Shown in pieces: positions 10,558-24,951 of a stretch of 64,000 bases of DNA. The notes beneath the pieces are model-generated. The model searched no databases and had not been told where the DNA came from. It saw only the letters and a list, made by a program, of their open reading frames with translations. Made by a program: the position numbers and the translations under genes. Within the stretch, counting starts at the first letter, position 1. Each line of letters begins with the position of its first letter. The DNA is from Chiloscyllium plagiosum (Eukaryota): positions 1-64,000 of the forward strand of contig NC_057752.1 of assembly GCF_004010195.1 (NCBI RefSeq), written 5' to 3'.

Positions 10558-10619
10558 CATTACATAAAGGGCAAAGTTTCGCTGAACAGCGCTATCCCCA
10601 CCCACTTTCTTTACACTGC

Positions 10620-11330
10620 TGACTAACGGCAGAAAAACGTTGGAATTTCCTCCCAAACCTTTCTCTCTCTTCAATATATTCCTTAAAAAGGTACTTTTCG
10701 CAAACTTACATTAATTTGTCTTCACATTTTATTTTTTGAGTCAGCATCAGTTTTTGTTTATTGTATAAGTGCGTACGGTTGTAAATATATTGTGTAAATT
10801 TTATAAAAAGGTACACTCTATAAACTTAATCCTATTCAATCGCTCTTGATCCTGAAAGAAACGTCTCTTTTTTTTTGGGTAATTCACGACCACTGAACTC
10901 CGCGAACCAGTGCTTTGGGCCTCCATCGCAGTAAAGTCAAGAGAATCTGAAAGACTCCGGGAAAATGTGCCCATGTCAAACTGTGGGCGGGTGAGACAAA
11001 ATAAACATTCAGGATTCAAGTTTCTTCCGCCCACTCACATTTTCGCAAGGAGCAGCTCCAAGTTCAGATCCTCCAGCGGCTGTGTGGAAGCGAAGTCTGG
11101 GTTTGATACGGGGAAAATGGGCTGCGAACAACGAGATTACAGCGGATGATTTTAACACCATCACTGACAGCCTCTGGGAAATCCTTCTGTAAGTTTTCAA
11201 GGTCTGTGCGTTGTGCCTCTATCGGTGGACACCAGGTAGCGTAGTTATTAGCAGTAAAGTGGTGATGTTTTTGGAGTAACAATCGAGAGGCCTTGCTGAT
11301 ATCACAGCCCGTTCTGACATTGTACTCTAA
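10620..11330. promoter_or_regulatory. Putative CpG-retaining promoter and non-coding first exon of the INPP1-like gene
   Basis: Non-repetitive stretch visibly richer in CpG than its flanks; donor-like CAG|GTAGCG at 11235/11236; the first coding exon has an upstream acceptor, so a 5' UTR exon is expected somewhere upstream. Confidence 0.4.
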
Positions 11331-11764
11331 ACCACAGTTTGAAGTGCACCAGCAAGTCGATTAGGTAACTCAGGGTAGGTAATAAACGTTGATCTTGCTA
11401 GTGATGCCCACATCCTTAGATTTTTTAAAAAACATGTTACTGTAATTACACTTTTATAAGATTTACTTTGGCACACCATTTCATGAATGAACAATGAAAG
11501 TCTGCTCAAATATTGGGAAGTAACCTTCTAAAGCTGCTGTAATGATCAGGATAATTTGACTCAAGCAAAAAAGTGCTCCACCGAGAATTCAACTCGACAT
11601 TTTTAATGGAAGGGCGGGGGAGGGGGCGCTCCATGTTTATTATGTTAAATCAGGTTTCTATACATTGGTGCCAGATTTCTGATGCAGTTTTTCCCGTGTC
11701 TACAAGATTTCTGTTGATTGCGAGAACATTTATTTAACAACAGCAAAAATGCTCTCATAATCTT

Positions 11765-11853
11765 ATGGGTCTGGGTGGGTTGCTCTTCAGAGGGTCGGTG
11801 TGGACTTGTTGGGCCGAAGGGCCTGTTTCCACAGTGTAAGTAATCTAATCTAA
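11765..11853 (+). mobile_element. HE1 SINE 3' fragment
   Basis: GGACTTGTTGGGCCGAAGGGCCTGTTTCCACA...TAATCTAATCTA. Confidence 0.75.
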
Positions 11854-11894
11854 AACACAATGAAGAGAGTGATGGAATGAAGGATTGGTGGGGG

Positions 11895-12470
11895 TCCAGA
11901 GGAGGTTTACAAGAATGATCCCACAGATTGAAGAGCTTGTCTAACCACCTGATGGAGGAACAGCACTCCGAAAGCTAGTGCTTCCAATTAAACCAGTTGG
12001 ACTATAACCTGGTGTTATGTGATTTTTAACTTATCATATGACGAGAAGTTGAGGAACCTGGGTCTGTACAAGATTGACATTAGTCGGGGGGTGGGGGTTC
12101 ACTGAAACTTACAGAACACTGAGGGGCCTGGATGGAGTGGACATGGAGAAATTATTTCTTCTAGTAGGAGAGACTAGGACCTAAAGGGAGAGCTTCAGAG
12201 TGAAGGGACAACCCTTTAGAACTGAGATGAGGTGGATTTTTTTTCAGTCAGAGGATGGTTAATTTGTGGCACTCATTGCCACAGAGGGCTGTGGAGGTCA
12301 AGTCACTGAATGCATTTAAGTCAGAGATAGGTTATTGATGAGTCAGGGATCAAGGGTTGTGGGGAGAAGGCAGGAAAATGAGGTTGAGAAACATCAACCA
12401 TGATCGAATGGTGGAGCAGACTCTTTGGGCTGAATGGCCTTACTCTGCTCCTACAGTATACCTATAATCT
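11895..12470 (+). mobile_element. CR1-type LINE 3' fragment with a small Penelope-terminus insert (~11945-12032)
   Basis: VQRRFTRMIP-like start and GGCTGAATGGCCTTACTCTGCTCCT tail; the insert matches 47204-47303. Confidence 0.7.
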
Positions 12471-13544
12471 TGTATGTTTTGCTGTGGTTTTACAGGATGT
12501 TGATGAAGCACATCCTACTGTGCACAACCTATAAGCACCAATAAAATCAGTTAATCTGTTTATTTTTGAGCGGTGTTGGGTGAAACTGAAATTGGCAAGC
12601 TTCCTTCTCTATAAATAGTGCTGGGGAATCTTTAAAGTCAAATTGAATGGGCAGATGGAACTTTAATAAGTAATATTGCTGATAAAATAACACTCCACTG
12701 AACTGTCATTTCCAGATTACACATGCCCTTATTTAATGGCAGCTTGGACCTTTATTTCTGACATAGAAGAGAACCAGTATTAAATCAAACCAAGCTGAAA
12801 TGATATCTTCTTCTGAGCATTCAGATAATGTCATTATTCATTGGATCTGCCTCTCTGAGAACCATATTTAGTAGAATGCTGTGGAATATGTGAGCTGTAA
12901 TATTTTTATGTTGAGATCTTTGTGTTTGGAAAACCGCAATGCATGCATTGGAATAAATATTGTTGTGAAGCTCTCCTTTCACATTCCATCATAAAACCCT
13001 CATATGTTTTTCCATGGCTTCATGTTGTAAATGCACAAAGACCCTTCAACAGTCAACCACTTGTGCTGGCTGTATGCACATCAATGGCATCCTAGTGAAC
13101 TAAGACTTAATAAAAGTTCCACTCAGACCAACATTTATTGGATTTTGTTTAGTTTGGGTCCGATCGAATCTGAAATAGGTTTATGCATTCAGGTGATTGT
13201 CTGCCTTGTATTTAGACACTGTCTAGTTTTGGGGATATAAGTTTTTATATCTGCAAGATAGACAGTAATGCTACAGTTTTCAATCCCTGAACTGAAAATA
13301 GAACTCCTAATCCCAACCCACTGTTGAGGTCTAGACCTGCATAACAAAAAGAGACTCACAGAACATTCTCACGTCGCACTGAGTCCAAAATCGCATCTTG
13401 CTGCTCTTTTATAAGAAAGGAGGATTTCTAAAGAACCTTTCACAGATATTTGGTCCATGGTTATGATGAAGGATACAGAAGTTTTGAGAGGGAGCATAGG
13501 AGCATTACCTGGATTTTTAAAACATTCATTCAGGATTCATCACA

Positions 13545-15670
13545 ATAGACAAAAGGTGCAGGAGTAGGCCATTCTGCCCTTTGAGACTGCACCACCATTC
13601 AATATGATCATGGCTGATCATCGTTAATCAGTATCCTGTTCCTGCCTTAGCTCCATAACCGTTGATCCCACAATCCTTGAGAGCTCTATCCAATTCTTTC
13701 TTAAATGAATCAGAGATTGGGCCTCCACTGCCCTCTGGGGAAAAGCATTCCACACAGCCACCACTCTCTGGGTGAAGAAGTTTCTCCTCACCTCTGTCCT
13801 AAATGGTCTACCCCATATTTTTAAGCTGTGTCCTCTGGTTCGGCACTCACCCATCAGCGGAAACATGTTTCCTGCTGCCAGAGTGTCCAAANNNNNNNNN
13901 NNNNNNNNNNNNNNNNNNNNNNNNNNNNNNNNNNNNNNNNNNNNNNNNNNNNNNNNNNNNNNNNNNNNNNNNNNNNNNNNNNNNNNNNNNNNNNNNNNNN
14001 NNNNNNNNNNNNNNNNNNNNNNNNNNNNNNNNNNNNNNNNNNNNNNNNNNNNNNNNNNNNNNNNNNNNNNNNNNNNNNNNNNNNNNNNNNNNNNNNNNNN
14101 NNNNNNNNNNNNNNNNNNNNNNNNNNNNNNNNNNNNNNNNNNNNNNNNNNATGTCTTTCCTCAAATTTGGAGACCAGAACTGCACACAGTACTCCAGGTG
14201 TGGTCTCACCAGGGCCCTGTACAGCTGCAGAAGAACCTCTTTGCTTCTATACTCAATTCCTCTTGTTATGAAGGCCAGCATGCTATTAGCCTTCTTCACT
14301 ACCTGCTGTACCTGCATGCTTACCTTCATTGACTGGTGTATATGAACACCCAAATCTCTCTGTACTGCCCCTTTACCTAAATTGGTTCCATTTATCTAGT
14401 AATCTGCCTTCCTGTTCTTGCCACCAAAGTGAATAACCATACATTTATCCACATTAAACTGCATCTGCCATGCATCTGACCACTCACCTAACTTGTCCAG
14501 GTCACCCTGTAATCTCCTAACATCCTCATCACATTTCACCCTGCCACCCGGCTTAGTATCATCAGCAAATTTGCTAATGTTATTGCTAATACCATCTTCT
14601 ATATCATTAACATATATTGTAAAAAGCTGCGGTCCTAGTAAAGTTCCCTGCAGTACCCCACTGGTCACTGCCTGCCATTCCGAAATAGAGCCGTTTATCA
14701 CTACTCTTTGTTTCCTATCAGCCAACCAACTTTCAATCCAGGTTAGTACTTTGCCCCCAATACCATGCGCCTAATTTTGCTCACTTACCTCCTATGTGGG
14801 ACTTTATCAAAAGCTTTCTGAAAGTCCAGGTACACCACATCTACTGGATCTCCCTCGTCCATCTTCAGAGTTACATCCTCAAAAAATTCCAGAAGATTAG
14901 TCAAGCATGATTTCCCCTTCATAAATCCATGCTGACTCTGACCTATCCTGTTACTACTATCCAGATGTGTCATAATTTCATCCTTTATAATAGACTCCAG
15001 CATCTTTCCCACCACTGAGGTCAGACTAACTGGTCTATAATTTCCTGCTTTCTCTCCCCACCTTTCTTAAAAAGTGGTATAACATTAGCCACCCTCCAAT
15101 CCGCAGGAACTGATCCCGAATCTATCGAACTCTGGAAAATAATCACCAATGCATCCACGATTTCTCGAGCCACCTTGGGATGTAGACCATCAGGCCCCGG
15201 GGACTTATCAACCTTCAGACTTAACAGTCTCTCCAACACCAATTCCTGGCAAATATAAATTCCCTTAAATTCAAGTCCTTCAGCCACTGTTACCTCAGGG
15301 AGATTGCTTGTGTCTTCCCCAGTGAACACAGATCTGAAGTACCAATTCAATTCTTCTGCCATTTCTTTGTTCCCCATCATATATTCCCCTGTTTCTGTCT
15401 TCACCATTTTTTTGCTTTTCACATACCTAACAAAGCTTTTACTATCCTCCTTTATATTATTGGCCAGTTTACCTTCGTACCTCATTTTTTCTCTGCATAT
15501 TTCCTTCTTAGTAATTCTCTGTTCTTTAAAAGCTTCCCAGTCCTCCGTTTTCCCACTCATCTTTGCTATGTTATACTTTTTCTCTTTTGACTTTATATGT
15601 TTCTTAACTTCCCTCGTCAGCCACGGCCACCCCTGCCTCCTCCTAGGATCTTTCTTCCTTTTTGGAATGA
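13545..15670 (-). mobile_element. CR1-type LINE (RT region to 3' end), spanning the gap
   Basis: ORF fragments KSPGPDGLHP, QHGFMKGKSCLTNLLEFFE, YLDFQKAFDKVPH, FADDTK and LEYCVQFWSP. Confidence 0.9.
13892..14150. other. Assembly gap (259 N)
   Basis: Run of N inside a LINE copy. Confidence 1.
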
Positions 15671-15671
15671 C

Positions 15672-15965
15672 TAGGCCAACATTTATTGTCCATCCCTAAT
15701 TGCCCAGAGGGCAGTTAAGAATCAGCCACATTGCTGTGGGTTTAGAGTCACATGTGAGGATGGCAGTTACCTTCCCTAAAGGACATTAGTGAAACAGATG
15801 GGTGTTTCCAACAATTGACAATGGTTTCATGGTCATCATTAGATCCTCAATTCCAGATTTTTATTGAATTCAGATTCTGCCATCTGCCTCAGAACCTAGG
15901 TCCTCAGAATATTGCATGGGTCTCTGGATTAACAGTCTAGCAATAATACCACTAGCCTATTCCCC
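15672..15965 (-). mobile_element. Second SINE family (possibly SacSINE/Deu-like); related copies at ~34365-34700 and fragments at ~31800-31970 and ~41895-42005
   Basis: Near-duplicate of 34395-34700; its 3' tail GGGCAATAAATGCTGGCC-like resembles the tail of the LINE at 27795-28685. Confidence 0.55.
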
Positions 15966-16064
15966 AGTGGTATTAACATTGAACTTTAACATTTTATAGA
16001 AAGGTTCAGGCTTATTTACTTCAGCTAAGTGTAGGCTTAGATAGGTTACGTGGAAACATTGAAA

Positions 16065-17960
16065 ACAGGTGCAGGAGTAGGCCATTCAGCCCTTTGAGCC
16101 TCCTTTGCCATTCAATAAATTTGTGGCTTAACATCCAACCCAGACCCTGCTTCCACTTTCTCCCCATACCTTTTGAGCCTTTTAGCCCTAAGAACTATAT
16201 CTAATTCCTTCTTAAAAACATTCAATGTTTTGGTCCCAATCGCTTTCTATGGCAGAGAATTCTACAGGCTCCCCACTCTCAGGGTGAAGAAACTTCTCTT
16301 TAGCTCAGTGCTAAATGGCCGACCCCACATCCCCTGGTTCTGGACTCCCAAGTCATCGGGAACATCCTTCCTGCACCTAACCTTCTAGTCCTGTTAAGGA
16401 CTGCAATATCCCCTCCCATGTGATCAACAATGCCCTCCAGTGCATCTCCTCCACTTCCTGTACTTGGCCTTGAACCCCACCCCTCCAACCGCAACAGAGA
16501 TAGAACCCCCCCATCCCCCGTCCTCACCTTGCACCCCACTAATCTCCAGATACAGCGCATTATCCTCTGCCATTTCCGCCACCTACAATTAAACCCCACT
16601 ACCAGAAACATATTTCCCTCCCCACTCCTACCTGCGTTCCACAAGACCATTCCCTCTGTGACTCTGTTTTTAGGTCCATGTCCCCCACCAACTCATCCTC
16701 CACACCTAGCACCTTCCCTTGCCACCACAAGAGGTGTAAAACCTGCACCCACACCTACCCCCCTCACCTCCGTCCAAAGGCCCAAAGGATCCTTCCACAT
16801 CCAGCAGAGATTTTCCTGCACATCCAAACACCTCACCTACTGTGTCCGTTGCTCTCGATGTGGTCTTCTCTACATTGGGGGCCTCCTCCACCGCTAAATC
16901 CAAGCCATCCAATGAAGAACGCCTCATCTTCTGCCTTGGGACTCTCCAACCACATGGCATCAATGTGGACTTCAGTTTCTAATTTCCTCTTCCCCCACCT
17001 CATCCCAGATCCAATTCTCCAACTTGGCACTGCCCCCATGAACTGTCTTACCTGTCCATCTTCATTCCCACCTATCCGTTCCACCCTCCCCTCCGACCTA
17101 TCACTATCACCCCCCACCTGCATCTACCTATAGCCTTCCCAGCTACCTTCTCCCAACCCCCACCCTCGTATTTATCTCTCAGTCCCCTTCCTCCTCCTGA
17201 CCACCTTCCCCCGCACCCCCCCCTCGCCAAAATACCACATTCGTGAAGGGCTTGTACCCAAAATATCTCCTGCTCCTCAGATGCTCCTGACCTGCTGTGC
17301 TTTTCCATCGCCACACTTTTAGACTCTGATTTCTTCAGCATTTGCAGTCTCACTTTTTCTTGGTCCTGTTAAGAATTTTATAGGTTTCTATGAGATCTCC
17401 CCTCATTCATCTAAATACAGTCCTAACTGATCCAGTCTGTCTTCATATGTTAGTCCTGCCATCCCATGAATCAATCTGGCGAACATTTGTTGCAACCCCT
17501 CCAAAATCAGAACATCCTTCCTCAGATAAGGAGACCAACACCGCACATAGCACTCCAGGTGTGGTCTCTCTGAGACTCCTGTACAACTGCAGCAAGACAC
17601 CCATGCTCCTGTAATTGAATACTGTCGCTATGAAGGTCAACATACTATTTACCTCCTTCGCCGCCTACTGTTCCTGCAATGCTCACTTTCAGTGAATGGC
17701 GTACCAGGACACTCAGGTCTTATTGCACTGCCCCCTTCCCCAAACTGTCGCCATTCAGATAATAATCCACCTTCCTGCTTTTGCTACCAAAGTTAATAAC
17801 CTCACATTTATCCTCACCATCTGCCATTTTTTGCCCACTCTCTCAATTTGTCGAAATCACACTGAAGCATCTTTGTATCCTCCTCACAGCTCACCCTCCC
17901 ACCCCAGGTGTGTGCCATTTGCAAACCCGGTGATATTACAATTAGTTCCCTCAACTATAA
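16065..17960 (-). mobile_element. Decayed CR1 LINE interrupted by a Penelope-like element
   Basis: RPHLECYVRCWSPYLRKD; the sequence is continuous across the TSD at 16388-16398 and 17363-17373. Confidence 0.75.
16399..17362 (+). mobile_element. Penelope-like element (Cys-linker/Neptune type), 3' part with GIY-YIG relic
   Basis: FPCHHKRCKTC and FHIQQRFSCTSKHLTYCVRCSRCGLLYIG; TSD GTCCTGTTAAG. Confidence 0.8.
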
Positions 17961-18179
17961 TCAATATATGTTGTGACTTTTTGGAAAGTGAGGTCATTAA
18001 TGAATCTGATTTAAATAGATCAACTGAGATAGATGGGTTATGCCTATACATTCTGCTGGTCTGAAACAAAATATAAAGTCTCAATTTAAATTTTCTTGGG
18101 CATGATGGGTCAAATGCCTTAGTTCTTTGCTCTATGATGCTGTGAAATGCAGCACAGTAGGAGGGATTCCTATAAGTCT

Positions 18180-20352
18180 CAAGATGCATAAAGGTGGATA
18201 AATCCCCAGGACCTGATCAAGTGTACTCGAGAACTCAGTGGGAAGCTATGGAAGTGATTGCTGGGCCTCTTGCTGAGATATTTATATCAGTGATAGTCAC
18301 AGGTGAGGTTCTGGAAGGCTAATGTGGTGCCATTATTTAAGAAAGGTGGTAAGGAAAAGCTAGTGAGCCCGGCATCGGTGGTGGGCAAGTTGTTGGAGGG
18401 AGTCCTCAGGGATAGGATTTACATGTATTTGCAAAGTTAAGAACTGATTAGGGATAGTCAACGTGGCTTTGTGCATGGGAAATCATGTCGCACTAACTTG
18501 ATTGAGTTTTCTGAAGAAGTAACAAAGAGGATTGATGAGGACAGAGCAGTGGATGTGATGTATTTGGACTTCAGTAAGGCATTCAACAGGATCCTTATGG
18601 TAGATGATTAGCAAGGTTAGATCTCATGGAATACAGTGAGAACTAGCCATTTGGATACAGAACTGGCTCAAAGGTAGAAGACAGGGTGGTGGTGGAAGGT
18701 TGTTTTTCAGACTGGAGACAAAAAAAGTGCAGATGCTGGAATCCAAGGTAGACAAGCAGGAGGCTGGAAAAACACAGCAAGTCAGGCAGCATCAGGTGGT
18801 GGTGGTCAAAATTTTGGGTGCAACTCTTCTTCAGGACTGGGGGTGTGTGGAAGGGGAACTGCAGATAAAGGGGTGGGAGGGGGTTTTGGGTGGGGAGAGG
18901 GGCAGAGTGGTGAAGTAGGGATAGGTGAACCAGGTAGAGGGTACGACCTTGTTGGTCAATGGGAGGAATGAATCTGATTGGTAGCTGGAAGGAAGGGTTG
19001 GTCAGAGGAATGGAAGGGAGGGGGAGTGACTGGAAAGGGAGTTGGAGGATGGGTAGGGAGGCTATTTAAAATGTTGAGTCCTCCGGGCTGTAGGTAGCCC
19101 ACGCTGAAGATGAGATGTTGTTCCTCCAATTTGCAGTCTGACTTGCTGTGGCAATGGAGAAGGCCGAGGATGGTCATGGCGGAAAGTTCTGAGTTTTTAT
19201 ATCAGATACGAAACCAAAAAGCTGTTTGTCGAGCTGGTGGATTCTGCACTGCATATAGAATAACAGAGATTCTCCATATGTTTGGGAAAGGGAGGTCTTG
19301 AGCTGGGGAAGGGATGAGGAGGGGAATGGAAGTGCCTCTGCATTGCAGAGAGGGTAGAGTGGAGAATCTGGAGAGAATTGTTTGTGGAGGCTGGACCAGT
19401 GGTATGCCACAAGGTTTGGTGCTGTGTCCACTGCTTTTTATAATTTGTATAAATGATTTGGATGTGAACATAGGAGGTGTACTTAGTAAGTTTGCAGATG
19501 ACACTAAAATTGGAGGTGCAGTGGACATTGAAGAAGGTTACCACAGAGTACAACAGGATCTTGATCAGATGGGCCAATGGGCTGAGGAATGGCAAATGCA
19601 GTTTAAGTTAGATAAATGCAAGGTGCTGCATTTTGGAAAGACAAATCAAGGCAGGACTTATATACTTAAATGGTAAGGTCCTGGGAAGTGTTGCTGAACA
19701 AAGAGACCTTGAAGTGCAGGTTCATAGCTCCTTGAAAGTGGAGTCACAGGTAGATAGGATAGTGAAGAAGGCATTTAGTATGCTTTCCTTTATCGGTCAG
19801 TGCATTAAGTATAGGAGTTGGGAAGTCGTGTTGCGGCTGTACAGGACATCGTTTGGGCCACTTTTGGAAGGATGTTGTGAAATTTGAAAGGGTTCAGAAA
19901 AGATTTACAAGGATGTTGCCAGGGTTGGAGGGTTTGAGCTATAGGGGCTGTTTTCCCTGTAGATTCAGAGGCTGAGGGGTGACCTTATAGGAGGTTTATA
20001 AAATCATGAAAGGCATGGATAGGGTAAATAGACATGGTCTTTTCCCTGGGATGGGGGAGTCCAGAACTAGAGGGCATAGGTTTAGGGTGAGTGGGGAAAG
20101 ATATGAAAGGGACCTCAGGGATAACTTTTTCAGGCAGAGGGTGGTGTGTGTATGGAATGAGCTGCCAGAGGGAGTGGTGGAGGCTGGAACAATTACAGCA
20201 TTTAAAAGGCATCTGGATGGGGACATGAATAGAAAGGGTTTAGAGGGATGTGAGCCAAGTGCTGGCAAATGGGACTAGATTAGTTTAGGATATCTGGTTG
20301 GCATGGACGAGTTGGACTGAAGGGTCTATTTCTGTGCTGTATAACTCTATGT
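18180..20352 (+). mobile_element. CR1/HER1 LINE with a Penelope-like minus-strand insert at ~18716-19190
   Basis: KSPGPD, FADDTKIGG and NFFRQRVVCVWNELP; the insert encodes LEEQHLIF on minus. Confidence 0.85.
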
Positions 20353-20631
20353 CTAGATAATTGACCCAATTTGTTATTGTATTGTCAATGTATTTCAACA
20401 TGAAATTTCCAATGATTTAGAACAAATAAACCTAATGCAAGATGTCTGACCACTATACAAAAATGCATTATTATAACACAAGACTTGAGTTCAATTCTCC
20501 CTGGAAGATGGATAGATAGGAATGCTTGTGACTCCCATAATAATCTAAATAAACCCTTGCTTCACTACAATGCAAGTTTTCAAAATCAAAAGTTCATTTA
20601 AAATAAATTTCCACAGTGACATATATGAATT

Positions 20632-20790
20632 CATAAGTATGTAAGTTAGCTTGCTGAGTTTGAAGGTTTGTTTTCAGACGTGATGTTACCTAGTATGGTG
20701 ATGAATATCTGAAAACAAACCTTCAAGCTCAGTGAGCTAACTTACATATTTATCATCAACCTGAGCTACACATCTTCTCAAAAATCGCTA
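20632..20790. mobile_element. Short fold-back Penelope-derived element
   Basis: Inverted arms TGTAAGTTAGC...GAAGGTTTGTTTTCAGA and its complement; TSD ATATATGAATT at 20621-20631 and 20791-20801; the end resembles the terminus at 55425-55455. Confidence 0.65.
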
Positions 20791-21949
20791 ATATATGAAT
20801 TGAATTCTGGTGAAGGAGGAGTACTTGGATTCCTTCTACTCTTTTAACTTGGAAAGTCATATGGTGATATTTAGGGAAAAAATAAAAATTCAGCCACGAC
20901 GGGAAATCTTCCAAGGGAGACATTTTTCCTTTGATTCTACAGGAATTGCTGCAGTGGTTTCTGGTTGGGATACTTTACTGGTTTGGCTGCTAGGTGAGGA
21001 ATATCTTTGATTATTACTGGCATCTCGTTCCCCCTTTCCCAAACTATCTCCATTCAGATAATAATCCTGTTTTTGCTACCAAAGTGAATAACTCAAATTT
21101 ATCCACATTATACGGTATCTGCCATGCATTTGTCCACTCACTTCAACTTGTCAAAATCACATTGAAGCATCTCTGCATTCTCCTCATAGTTCAGCCCCCC
21201 TATTATTGTTGTGTTCCGTAGAAAATTGAGTTATTTGTACTTGTAATCCTTGTTTAGATTTCTCCATGTAAGACTTTTAGCAAGCGCAAACCACTAAGTT
21301 TGCAGTACACCAAATGTTTGTGAACAGAACAGACAACACTGCACCAATTTCACCAATTTTGAACAGCATTGAGTGACATCGAACTTTGTCTTTCAGTTGG
21401 CGACTGACCTACTGTGCAGTGCCATATTTTCAGAGGCTTTCAGGGATTTTAAAGTGAAAGTTATTGATATTGAGATTTGAGACAATCCAATACATTTTGT
21501 TTTCTGATGTATAACTGAAAAAAGACACATTTTGTCATAACTTTTCATCTTGCACTCATCAGAATACCAATGAAAAGAGGAACAGAGCAATGACTTGACT
21601 TTGACAGGGTAATGCCTTGATTAACCAGAATCAAATTGCCTCATCTGATTTAACATTTCATGCCAGATAATTCTGTATTCTGCCTAACATCCCTTACTGA
21701 ACCAAACTCCACCCTAACCATCAAATAAATTTGGCTTTTATCTTATTGTGGAATTATAATGTGTACAAAGTCGCTATTATATGTTCCTACATAGTAGTTA
21801 CCTCACTTCAAAGTCAGGCATTATACCCAAAGTTCTTTGAGATGTTTCTGAAATACATGAGAAGTTGCTTTATAAATATATCTTCCTTTAAATCATCTGA
21901 TCATTGGCAGGCTGGGAGCAAAATAGATGTAGAAAAAAGTTCATACACA

Positions 21950-24545
21950 TAACAAACAGGGAATAAGAATAGGCAACTCAGCCCTTTGAACCTGCTCCGC
22001 CATTCAATAAGATCATGGCTGATCTGATTTTAACTTCATCTCTACATTCCTGTGTACCCTTTGATAATCTTTTATTCCCTTGGTAGTTAAGAAGCTATCT
22101 TCCTCTGCCCTAAACATTTTTGAAGATTTTGCATCCACTGCCTTTTGAGGAAGGGAATTCCATAAACTCTCATCCCTCTGAGAGGATTTCATTTCCTTCA
22201 TCTGTCTTAAATGGGTAACATCTTAATTTTAAACTATCACTCCAAGTTCTAGAATCTCCCACAAGACGAAACATCCTTTCCACACCCACTTGGTTAAGTC
22301 ACCTCAGACTCTTCTAAACTCTAGAGGTTACATGTTTAGCCTTTCCTCATAACACAATGCACTCATTCCAGGCGTTAGTCTAGTAAACAGTTCTCTGAAC
22401 TGCTTCCAGCGCATTAACACCCCTCCATCAATGTGGGGTCCAATACTGTACACAGTATTCCAAATGAGGTCTCACCAATGTCATGGATAATTTAAGCATT
22501 ACCTCCCTATTCTTACATTCTTTCCCCTCGCAATACAACATAACATTCTATTAGTGTTTGATTACTTGCTGTACCAACATACTAACCTTCTGTGATTCAT
22601 GCACTCTGACACCCAGATCTCACTGCATCGCACAGCTCTAAAATCTTTCACCATTTAGATAATTATTCTTTTTTATACTTTCTGCCAAAGTTCATACTTC
22701 CCCACATTGTACTCCCTTTGCCAGATCTTTACCCATTTACTTAACCTATCTATATCCCTTTGTAGGCTCCATGTGTCCTCTCACAACTCACGTTTCTGCT
22801 TATCTTTGTGTCATCACCCAATGTAGCTACTGTACCTTCGGTCCCTTCATCCAAATAATTTATATAAACTGTAAAGAGTTGAGGCCCTAGCACCAATCCC
22901 TATGGCACACCATTCATGACATCCTGCTGGACTGAAAAAGAAGCATCCCCTTGAATTTTTCTTATTTGTTGACGTGTACCTAATCTGTACTTTCTGAAAT
23001 ATCCCCTTAAACGTTTGCCACTGCATCAGTATTGACAGATCCCTTAACCTAAATTGCCAGTTCACTTTTGCTCTGCTTTCATGCCCTCATAATTGCCCTT
23101 GTTTTCATTTAAAAATAATATTTTGGACACACACTTCTCTCCTTTTAAACTGTATGTAAACTTCAATCATGTTATGGTTGCTGCTACCCAGGGGTGTTTT
23201 CCCTATGTGGTCAGCAATTAATCCTATCTCGTTGGTCAAAATCAGGTCTAGTGTAGCCTGCTCTCTGGATGATGCCATAACATACTGGTCTAAGAAACTG
23301 TCCTGAAAACATTCAATAAATTCCACATCTCAACTACGTTTTCCCAACTGATTTTGCCAGTCTATATGTAGATTAAAATTCCCCATGATAATCGATGTAT
23401 CCTTTGATAAGCTCCCATTATTTCTTCCTTGATACTGCTCAAGGACCAGCACACAACTCTCACAAGTGACCTCTCACCTTTATCATTCCTCATCTCTACC
23501 CAGACTACTTCTATATCCTGGTTTCTTAAATTTAATTCATCCCACTCTATTATGCTAATACTAACTTTAGTTAACAGAACCAGTTTTCCACCCTTTCCTA
23601 GTGAAATATCACATGCCATTCAATATTCAGTTCCCAAATCTAGGTCATCTGTCAGCCATGTCTTAGTCATGGACACTAGATTATACTTATTTATTCTCAA
23701 TTTGTACTACTAGTTCATCTGTTTTGTTTCGAATGCAACATGCATTCAAATACAGTGCCTTAAGTTTTGTCCTTTTACTATTTTTGTATCCTCACATCTT
23801 ATCTGATTTGCTCTTAGATCTGTATTCTCTATCCTGACATTATGTTTATCACTTCCCGCATTAATTTCTTCCTCTATTTCCTTTTCTCCATTCTTTATTT
23901 CACCACAACTTCACAAATTTAAACCCGCTCTACCTCCCTAATTATGTGGCTTGCAAGAACACCAGTCTCTGTATAGTTCAGGTGTAGATTGTTCCAACAG
24001 TGCACACATGCTGGCACTGTACAAATTTTAATTATCAACAGTATCAGCCTGGTTAGAGGAAGAGAGATTTAGGTGGAGAGCTGCATGCCCTTTGCTGTGT
24101 CCAGTTGGGTCATTTTCATGGACCATATGAACTTAGGAGCAGGAGTAGGCCAGTCAGCCCCTTACAACTGCTCCACTGTTCAATAAGACAGGAACATAAG
24201 AACAGGAGTAGCCCATTCAGCCCCTCAAGACTGTTGCACCATTCAGTGAGATCATGGCTGATCTGTGGCCTAACTTTACATACCTGCCTTTGGCCCATAC
24301 CCCTTTATTTACCAAAAGATTATCTCAGATTTAAAATTTACAACTGGTCCAGCAGCCACTGCCATTTGTGGAAGAGAGTTCCAAATATCTACTAGCGTGC
24401 ATGTGTCAAAGTGCCTCCTAACATCTCTCTTGAATGGTCCAGCCATAATTCTCAAACCATGCCCCGAGTTCTAGAATCCCCAACCAGTGGAAATGGTAGA
24501 TAAAGATAAACTCTGTATTTTCCTATTAATACCTTGAAGACTTCA
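21950..24545 (-). mobile_element. Old CR1 LINE fragments (endonuclease, RT and 3' ends)
   Basis: FIECFQDSFLDQYV...REQATLDLILTN...LGSSNHNMI; WNSLPQKAV. Confidence 0.75.
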
Positions 24546-24951
24546 TTGCTGAAGGTTTTGTGGTCCACATTCCAACCTAACCCTGATTGGGGGAGCATCT
24601 TTCAGAAAGATTGTGCTTTTCAAGAATCTCAAAAAAAAAACAAATCCTCTACTGGTCAACACTTGAATTTTGTGACTCTCGCACAGAGCTCTCATTCTTG
24701 AGAATTGGCTCACTGTGACACTGTGCTTCCAACTCATGGTAATGGCAAAGCTGCTCAGCACTGCCAATTGTATAGGGGACATCTGTCAGTTAGGAGTAAT
24801 TGATGACTAAACATTAGTATAACTATTGAATCTAGCTTAGTTTAGTAAGAATTATAGCATACTGCTCCTTTTAAATAGTAAGGACTTAAGTAGTCAGCAT
24901 CTCTCGATTTAACATGTCTGTTTGTTTTTTTAAAGTTACCACATTGCTGCA

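Noticed and set aside
13772..14353. Long ORFs of 147-186 aa
   Set aside because: Artefacts of reading through the N gap.
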